Of a stretch of 64,000 nt of DNA, positions 57,530 to 64,000 are shown piece by piece. The position numbers and the translations under genes were made by a program. Positions within the stretch are counted from its first letter, which is position 1. Every line of letters begins with the position of its first letter. The notes beneath the pieces are model-generated. The model made no database searches, was not told the DNA's origin, and saw only the letters and a list, made by a program, of their open reading frames with translations. The stretch spans positions 230,549 to 294,548 of the IMG/VR virus record IMGVR_UViG_3300028591_000073. One strand, written 5' to 3'. This stretch comes from a virus (lineage: Duplodnaviria; Caudoviricetes).

Positions 57530-59560
57530 TTATGCACGAATAATTTTATCAAATGGAGTGTCTTCTGGTTCAATCCCATTTAATGTATTTGCCAAGTTAA
57601 CATTGATACCTTTGGAGATATCTTCGAATAACATCGCTTGTAATGCACCAGCCTTTTGTACGGCTTCACGATAAGAAAGTTTCGTATAGCTCAATGGATC
57701 CACGTTTGGATTTTTTCCATATGTGAGTGCAAATGATTCATTTCCATCACGACACAATCTACGAGCTAACAATTCATAGATGATACTTGGTCCTTCCAAG
57801 TCCATTTTATTTAATTCCAGATTACGGAATTCCATATCAGTGTATAGATGATATGGTATTAGTGGTAATTTAGAATGGAAGTAAATCAAATTCAAATAGT
57901 CACATACATTTTCAATGTTTTGTGCAAATGCCAATGAACAAACATTAGATCCACTTTCATAATCGATAATGTAATTATCCATATCTTCTTGGATATCTTG
58001 ATACAGTATCAAGTCAATCATGGTTGGTACGGACATTAATGTGGATAAGATTTCATTTCCATGATCATCATAAAACTTAGCTGGCATAACACCGATACAG
58101 TGCATGCTACGAGCTTCGATATAGTATGCAGTCACTTCGTCCGTATATTTCGGGACAAACAATCTTAATCGTTTTTTTGTACGAAGATGACCATCTTCTG
58201 TTACATCAACAAAGTCTGGAGCATTCAAGAATGCACGCTTTGGATCCATGAATCCAGCATTTTGAGACAAGTCATGTTTTGATTTCAGTTTTCTATCAAG
58301 AATGGTTTTTGTGATAATAGAGGTTAAACAACCGATGTTCACAACATCACCGCCACCCATACGATAGAACAGTGTGCCAGCACATTTTGCACAGATTGTT
58401 TTATTACAGCAACATTGTGGAGAATATAGTTGTACCGTTTTTCCAACATAATCTCCCAAGTCATGTAATGTTAATTCTTTAATCTTATTTCCTTCTTTAA
58501 TATTACGGAACACAATGTATTGTTTGTTTCTATCCGTTACAAAGAATGGAATGGTTGCATTTGTTCCACAATCAGAGTTTGGATCTGGATTGATGTGTTC
58601 TGATTGTGTTAAGGCGATTAATTGTTTTGACATATATCCTGCTTCTGCGGTACCTACTGCAGAAGGATATGCGGCAGCAACAACGGAGTTTGCAAATGGT
58701 GTGATGTCATGGGGTTTGATTCCTTCCATCAGTGATGATTTCACGACATGATATTTTTTGGTCGCTTCATCAAATACTGCACCTCTCATAACGTTGATCG
58801 TCTTATAGTTGTTATCCAAGTTGGCATCACCACTTCGATAGAAGTCATAACCAGAATCTGCTTTCAGGTTTTCACGAACAATATCGACAAGTTCTTTTTC
58901 AATGGCATTGTTTACCATAATCTGTGTAACGGGATTATCAGATTCCAATTCTGTTTTGTGTGCATCGAACAATTCTAATTTACGTTTATTGACATTCTCC
59001 ATTGGTAATAACAAAGCTGGTGTGATAGATACCGCAAGGAATCCGGAACACCAGAATCCCAATCTATCACGAGCATCCACATATTCAACCAAGGTATCAC
59101 AATCAATCTTATCTTCCAACACGAGGTTGTTGACTTCCGTATTTAAACTACTCAATCCCTTACTATCGATCTCTTTATTCCAATATCCAATCATTTCGAT
59201 GATTCCCCATTGTTCCAACAAGTATCGATTCAATACCAATCTCCCAAGAGTGGTTTCTGTTGGTTCCTTCACGTATCGATAGATATCAGGTGTTAATAAA
59301 ATCTTTGCAGTTGGTTTGAATAATGGATCTGTGAATGTGTTTGTTTTACGATCATGATGTCCTGCGAATAAGTTTTCCAAGAATGTTTTATTAATCTCCT
59401 TTGGTTCTACTGATAGAATTCTGTCTAATGCTACTTTTACATTTTGAGATTGTGGTGGAGGTGTTTCTCCACTTTCCATGTATAATTGATCTAACATGGA
59501 TTCTACAACTAAAGTATCATCTAGCATAATATCATCTCCCTTAAGTATGAAAATTATCAA
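57530..59560 (-). CDS. rpoC: RNA polymerase beta' subunit, C-terminal half (probably virion RNAP)
   Basis: TTLGRLVLN, GTAEAGYMSKQL, DCGT, YSPQCC...ICAKCAG and LKSKHD. Probable start near 59527. Confidence 0.85.
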   Translation of the reverse strand: MIIFILKGDDIMLDDTLVVESMLDQLYMESGETPPPQSQNVKVALDRILSVEPKEINKTFLENLFAGHHDRKTNTFTDPLFKPTAKILLTPDIYRYVKEPTETTLGRLVLNRYLLEQWGIIEMIGYWNKEIDSKGLSSLNTEVNNLVLEDKIDCDTLVEYVDARDRLGFWCSGFLAVSITPALLLPMENVNKRKLELFDAHKTELESDNPVTQIMVNNAIEKELVDIVRENLKADSGYDFYRSGDANLDNNYKTINVMRGAVFDEATKKYHVVKSSLMEGIKPHDITPFANSVVAAAYPSAVGTAEAGYMSKQLIALTQSEHINPDPNSDCGTNATIPFFVTDRNKQYIVFRNIKEGNKIKELTLHDLGDYVGKTVQLYSPQCCCNKTICAKCAGTLFYRMGGGDVVNIGCLTSIITKTILDRKLKSKHDLSQNAGFMDPKRAFLNAPDFVDVTEDGHLRTKKRLRLFVPKYTDEVTAYYIEARSMHCIGVMPAKFYDDHGNEILSTLMSVPTMIDLILYQDIQEDMDNYIIDYESGSNVCSLAFAQNIENVCDYLNLIYFHSKLPLIPYHLYTDMEFRNLELNKMDLEGPSIIYELLARRLCRDGNESFALTYGKNPNVDPLSYTKLSYREAVQKAGALQAMLFEDISKGINVNLANTLNGIEPEDTPFDKIIRA

Positions 59561-59569
59561 TCGGTCTTA

Positions 59570-60010
59570 TTGAACTTTATAACAAACTTTATATATGGAG
59601 GAATGTATATGGATTACAAATCATTTACAACACAGCTGTCTGTCAATCTAATGAATCGACGAAATTTGAATGTGGAAATCAATATTAAAGAATTAACAAA
59701 TCAAGTCGTACAACAATCCATCATAGATGCAGATAGATTTGTGCAATTATTCTTAGAAGCAGAAATGGAACGTTGTGAATATTTAATCAATCCAACATCA
59801 TATCCAATCACAAAATTGGATGAAGCATATAGCGCTGCACAAGATTACTTGCTTCAGTTCGGTGTCAACATGCTGGATTACATCAAGATGGTAACAGGTG
59901 ATGATTGGAGACCTTGTGCATGTGCTGCTGTGGAAGATGCCATGATTGTATCAAGAATGATTCGAGATACATTAATTCAGGAACAAAATTACAGAACGCA
60001 AAGTAAGTAA
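59570..60010 (+). CDS. Hypothetical protein
   Basis: 146-aa ORF; the true start is probably after the GGAGG near 59597. Confidence 0.65.
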   Translation: MNFITNFIYGGMYMDYKSFTTQLSVNLMNRRNLNVEINIKELTNQVVQQSIIDADRFVQLFLEAEMERCEYLINPTSYPITKLDEAYSAAQDYLLQFGVNMLDYIKMVTGDDWRPCACAAVEDAMIVSRMIRDTLIQEQNYRTQSK

Positions 60011-60072
60011 TAACACGGGGGCTAATGCCCCCGACATTCGATTAACTTTATTATTTCAAGAAGGTGATAATA

Positions 60073-60849
60073 ATGGCGAATAAGACGATTAATGACGTGC
60101 GGATTAATGTAAAATTTGATGAATATGATAATCATATTGATAATCTGGTATCCAAAGAAAGTTTACAAATTTCTCTCGGTAAAATACAGAAATGGAAGAC
60201 TGATTTCCATCCAGTTGTATGGACTGGCGATGCTGATACCGTGAACAATCATACAGTATTAACCGATGTACCAGCAGATGCAGTATTCACGGATACGACA
60301 TATGTTGCTGGAAACGATATCAGTATTGATTATGTAAACACTTCACCTGATTTAACATTATTCACATGGTCACAAGGCAGTATTTCAGATACGACCGGAT
60401 ATGAAGATGACACTGTTGAGAATGTGATACGTTTAGATGGATTTCTTCCAATCCCAAATGAAACACCAATCAATGTATCATTGACATATCAACAAACAAT
60501 TCCTTTGTATTGGAAGATGTTTTTCTATGATGACAATCAAACTATGCTTGGTCATACGGAATGGATGACGAATGAAGACGGTGTTAATCCCGTTGCAAAT
60601 GCCAGTTATTTCAGACTCATCGCTTATCAAGGAACATCAGATTCACTTGATTCAAGATTGTTAACGTATGGGGAAATCTCACCAGAAGTAGATGTTGACA
60701 AATATGTAATTTCCAATACTTATGAGTTACCAATTGCATCAGCCGATACACTCGGAGGTGTGAAAGTTGGGGAAGATCTTGTGATTGACGAAAATGGGGT
60801 ATTAAATATCGCAGACATTCATCGACTAATATTAAATGTAACCGAATAA
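60073..60849 (+). CDS. Tail fibre-associated protein 1
   Basis: MANKT N-terminus, VPADAVFTDT and LPIASADTLGGVKVG. Confidence 0.7.
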   Translation: MANKTINDVRINVKFDEYDNHIDNLVSKESLQISLGKIQKWKTDFHPVVWTGDADTVNNHTVLTDVPADAVFTDTTYVAGNDISIDYVNTSPDLTLFTWSQGSISDTTGYEDDTVENVIRLDGFLPIPNETPINVSLTYQQTIPLYWKMFFYDDNQTMLGHTEWMTNEDGVNPVANASYFRLIAYQGTSDSLDSRLLTYGEISPEVDVDKYVISNTYELPIASADTLGGVKVGEDLVIDENGVLNIADIHRLILNVTE

Positions 60850-60873
60850 ATGAATTGAAAGGATGATTAACAT

Positions 60874-61914
60874 ATGGCAAATAAGACATTTAATCAAGTA
60901 AAATTAAATATTAAATTTTCATCAAGTGTTACGAACACCGTAGATGATGGAAATGCAACAGGATGGTCAAACACCAATGCGAAACATGCTGCAAACTTAA
61001 ATGATTCTGCAACAAATGGAGAAGACATTGCAGTATCCCTAGCTAAGATCAAAAACTGGTATGACAACTGGCATCCAGTTGTGTGGAGTGGTGATGCTTC
61101 TACGGTAAATGGACATACGGTCAACGTAAATGTTCCAACAAATGCCGTATTTACAGATACAACTTATACCTTTACAAATGGGACATCTACTTCTGGTGTT
61201 GGTACATTTACAGTGAAACCAAGTAATGGTAATGCACAAACTGTTAGTATTTACTTGGGTGCAAGTGGTGGTGCTGGAAGTATTGTCACACTGGATTCAA
61301 ATGGATTGATTCCTTCTTCACAACTTCCATCTTATGTGGATGATGCTATCGAAGGATATTATGATGCTACGACAAATAAGTTTTATACAACTTCTGAAAA
61401 GACAACAGAAATTACTGGAGAGACTGGTAAGATTTATATAGACCTAGGAACAAATGATATCTATCGTTGGAGTGGGTCGGCATGGGTGAATCTTACGAAA
61501 GCTTCACCAACACTCGTTGGCGTTGCCGACGTTGTTGCTAGCACAAATGGTAAATTAACAGTATCTTACAATGATGGATCGGCATCTACTACTGTGACAG
61601 CATATACACACCCAACGACTGCTGGTAACAAACATATTCCAACTGGTGGTACAGTTGGTCAATTGCTTGTGAATAGTGCGAGTGGCACAGCAGTTTGGAC
61701 ATCCTTATCTAATATCACGATTCCAGTTGATAGTATCGCAGATTATACAGGTCCAACCGCATCTGCATCTGCTGTACATGGTTTGGTTCCGGCTGATACC
61801 ACATTGACAACAACGACTGCGACAACACATTACTTGCGTGGAGATGGGACATGGAGTTCCGAACCAGTCATTCCTGATGATATTCTGACACTAAACGTGA
61901 TTGCACAATCTTAA
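60874..61914 (+). CDS. Tail fibre protein 2
   Basis: MANKT N-terminus, LDSNGLIPSSQLPSYVDD, GETGKIYID, YRWSGS and YLRGDGTW. Confidence 0.75.
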   Translation: MANKTFNQVKLNIKFSSSVTNTVDDGNATGWSNTNAKHAANLNDSATNGEDIAVSLAKIKNWYDNWHPVVWSGDASTVNGHTVNVNVPTNAVFTDTTYTFTNGTSTSGVGTFTVKPSNGNAQTVSIYLGASGGAGSIVTLDSNGLIPSSQLPSYVDDAIEGYYDATTNKFYTTSEKTTEITGETGKIYIDLGTNDIYRWSGSAWVNLTKASPTLVGVADVVASTNGKLTVSYNDGSASTTVTAYTHPTTAGNKHIPTGGTVGQLLVNSASGTAVWTSLSNITIPVDSIADYTGPTASASAVHGLVPADTTLTTTTATTHYLRGDGTWSSEPVIPDDILTLNVIAQS

Positions 61915-61988
61915 TATATTATAATGCAACCGCCCCTATAATGGGGCGGTCTCATTTTGTTTATTATGATTTATAAGGAGGAATACGT

Positions 61989-64000
61989 ATGGCGAATAAA
62001 ACATTTAATGATGTGAAGTTAAATATGACATTGAAAGTTCAATCTACTCGAGCAAACCTATCTTCATCAAAAGAGGATATGGCTGTGCAAATGGGTAAAA
62101 TCCAAAAATGGTATACAGATTTCACACCACTTGTATTTTCTAAAAAGAAAGTGGATGGTATCACATTTGATCAAGATATCATTCATTATGCAACATGTAG
62201 TACAGCAGCATCTACCACATCCAAGACAGTGAATTGTACCGGATTCAACTTGGTAACAGGCGCATGGGTTCTTATTCGGTTCACGGTAACAAATACTGGT
62301 GCTGTTGGTAATTTGACATTGAATGTGAATAATACCGGAGCTAAGAGTATTAAATATAGAAATGCAAATTTATCATCCGCTGGCGTATTAGCAGCAAATC
62401 GAACATACATGTTCGTGTATGATGGAACCTATTACCAGTTGATTGGTGATTTAGACACAAATACGGATCATATTACAACGGCAACAACTAGTGGAAGTGG
62501 CAATGCGGTAACAGCAATCACGGCAGACGAGAATGGTGCATTGACTGTCACGAAAGGATCAACGTTCTCTTTATCAACACATACACATGATTATCTTCCG
62601 TTGAGTGGTGGAACATTAACAGGACCGTTAGTGATTAAAGGTACTGCAGCAAGTAAGCCACTCATAACCAGAGGAATTTATGGATCTGATGGAAATGGTA
62701 ATACCGGAGATTTATATGTTCAATTTACAGAGTCTGGATCCATTGGTAAAACCTACTTTGGTGGTTCCACATATTACATTTCTGAAAATGGATCTACCTA
62801 TAATGGAAGTGCCGCAAAAGTAAACGGACATACGGTTGAGAAAAATGTTCCAAGCGATGCTGTATTCACCGATACGAAGGTGACGCAGACAAATACGACG
62901 GGAGCTGCAACTTATCGTGTATTATTATCCGGAAATGCAAATGATACGACAGAAACCACAACTGCAAGAAAGAGTGCCAATTTACAATTTAATCCCAGTA
63001 CCGGTGTATTGACACAAAGTGGAACAATCTTTGGTGGAATCATTGTTACTCGTTCAGGAAGCGTAAATGGCGCATCTATTGCATTTAAAAATACAAATGG
63101 TATTTTGGGTTATATTGGATTCACAGGTGATACAGATTCAAATTTAAAAAGATGGCTTGGCAGTAATACAAACATAAGTTACGTAATCCATGATACTGGT
63201 AACACATCATATACAGCAACAGTCACTTCATCTACATCTGGACAATATACAATTGGTACATTGAAACTCGGTGGAAGTAATGTTACTATTTATGGGAAAG
63301 ATACGGTTTATACACATCCATCTGGATTTACCGCAAAGACAACTGCCGGCTTTTATAAGTATACTGTCGACACAAACGGCCATGTTTCAGCGGGAGCAGC
63401 TTTAACTAAATCTGATATTACTTCATTAGGTATCGCATCTTCTGATCATACACATGATTATATTCCGTTATCAGGTTCGGATAATATTTCCGGTAGGTTA
63501 GCATTTAATAACACCGGTATTGGTATCTATGGATTGGATAAACAGTCTCATTTAGCTCCATTGATTATTCACAACGCTGCCAATCTATGGATTGGGCAGT
63601 ATAATACTGATAATGGAAATACCGCACACTATGGTGGAACTTATATTTCAACAGGTATTGATGTAACGGATGCTTCCAATCCTGTTCCATTTGATACGAT
63701 CAACATCGTATTACCAAATGGGGACAACCAAGGTTCTTATGCAACATATCATGCATTGCATTCCGGCAATACATCGATATCTCGTTCATTAACAAGTGGA
63801 ACCAAAATTGCAACAATTACGATTGATGGTAATGCAACAGATATCTATTGTCAAACAAACTCGAATACAACATATACATTATCTGGAGCATATGGCTCTA
63901 ATAATAATACTTGGGTGACGACATTAACTCCATCTTCAGGAACTGCAACTACGTCAACAATACCAACGGCAACAACGGGTGCCTATGGAATAACAAAACT
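61989..64000 (+). CDS. Tail fibre protein 3 (runs off the window end)
   Basis: SD AAGGAGG, ATG 61989 MANKTFNDVKLN; Thr/Gly-rich with HTHDY repeats and YLPLSGGTLTG. It is absent from the ORF track, consistent with no stop before 64000. Confidence 0.8.
   Translation, partial: MANKTFNDVKLNMTLKVQSTRANLSSSKEDMAVQMGKIQKWYTDFTPLVFSKKKVDGITFDQDIIHYATCSTAASTTSKTVNCTGFNLVTGAWVLIRFTVTNTGAVGNLTLNVNNTGAKSIKYRNANLSSAGVLAANRTYMFVYDGTYYQLIGDLDTNTDHITTATTSGSGNAVTAITADENGALTVTKGSTFSLSTHTHDYLPLSGGTLTGPLVIKGTAASKPLITRGIYGSDGNGNTGDLYVQFTESGSIGKTYFGGSTYYISENGSTYNGSAAKVNGHTVEKNVPSDAVFTDTKVTQTNTTGAATYRVLLSGNANDTTETTTARKSANLQFNPSTGVLTQSGTIFGGIIVTRSGSVNGASIAFKNTNGILGYIGFTGDTDSNLKRWLGSNTNISYVIHDTGNTSYTATVTSSTSGQYTIGTLKLGGSNVTIYGKDTVYTHPSGFTAKTTAGFYKYTVDTNGHVSAGAALTKSDITSLGIASSDHTHDYIPLSGSDNISGRLAFNNTGIGIYGLDKQSHLAPLIIHNAANLWIGQYNTDNGNTAHYGGTYISTGIDVTDASNPVPFDTINIVLPNGDNQGSYATYHALHSGNTSISRSLTSGTKIATITIDGNATDIYCQTNSNTTYTLSGAYGSNNNTWVTTLTPSSGTATTSTIPTATTGAYGITK

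Noticed and set aside
1-64000. Stop-codon reassignment, tRNA genes, inteins, chimallin
   Set aside because: Core genes are full length in the standard code and TAA, TGA and TAG are all used as stops. I recognised no cloverleaf, intein or chimallin motifs by eye; absence is not proven without searches.

Overview
This window is part of an AT-rich jumbo myophage genome of the phiKZ/AR9-like type, read in the standard genetic code. Strong AAGGAGG Shine-Dalgarno (SD) sites suggest a Bacillota host (inference). It encodes four split multisubunit RNA polymerase subunits, including two paralogous beta'-C halves that imply separate virion and non-virion RNAPs. It also encodes a PhuZ/TubZ-like tubulin, an SbcC/Rad50-like ATPase, portal, terminase, tail sheath and tube, baseplate proteins, tail fibres, a GyrB/ParE-type topoisomerase, a BCS1-like AAA ATPase and an SF2 helicase. 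Small accessory cassettes are inserted between the core blocks, several of them opened by a CATATG-centred palindrome plus a fixed-spacing AT-rich promoter followed by a hairpin. Main observations: (1) a 291-nt group I intron in the helicase Walker A motif, with splice sites fixed by P1/P10 pairing and apparently no P9 domain; (2) a duplicated promoter plus ~62-aa peptide cassette (core YSGYxNVWFVDWTHP) 40 kb apart; (3) a family of small intergenic H-type pseudoknots and two larger structured non-coding regions; (4) three tandem paralogues sharing a C-terminal LGxHExQLIIxEF...KWEL module; (5) unannotated small ORFs and a 2H phosphoesterase that are anti-defence candidates. All functional calls come from reading motifs by eye; no searches were run.
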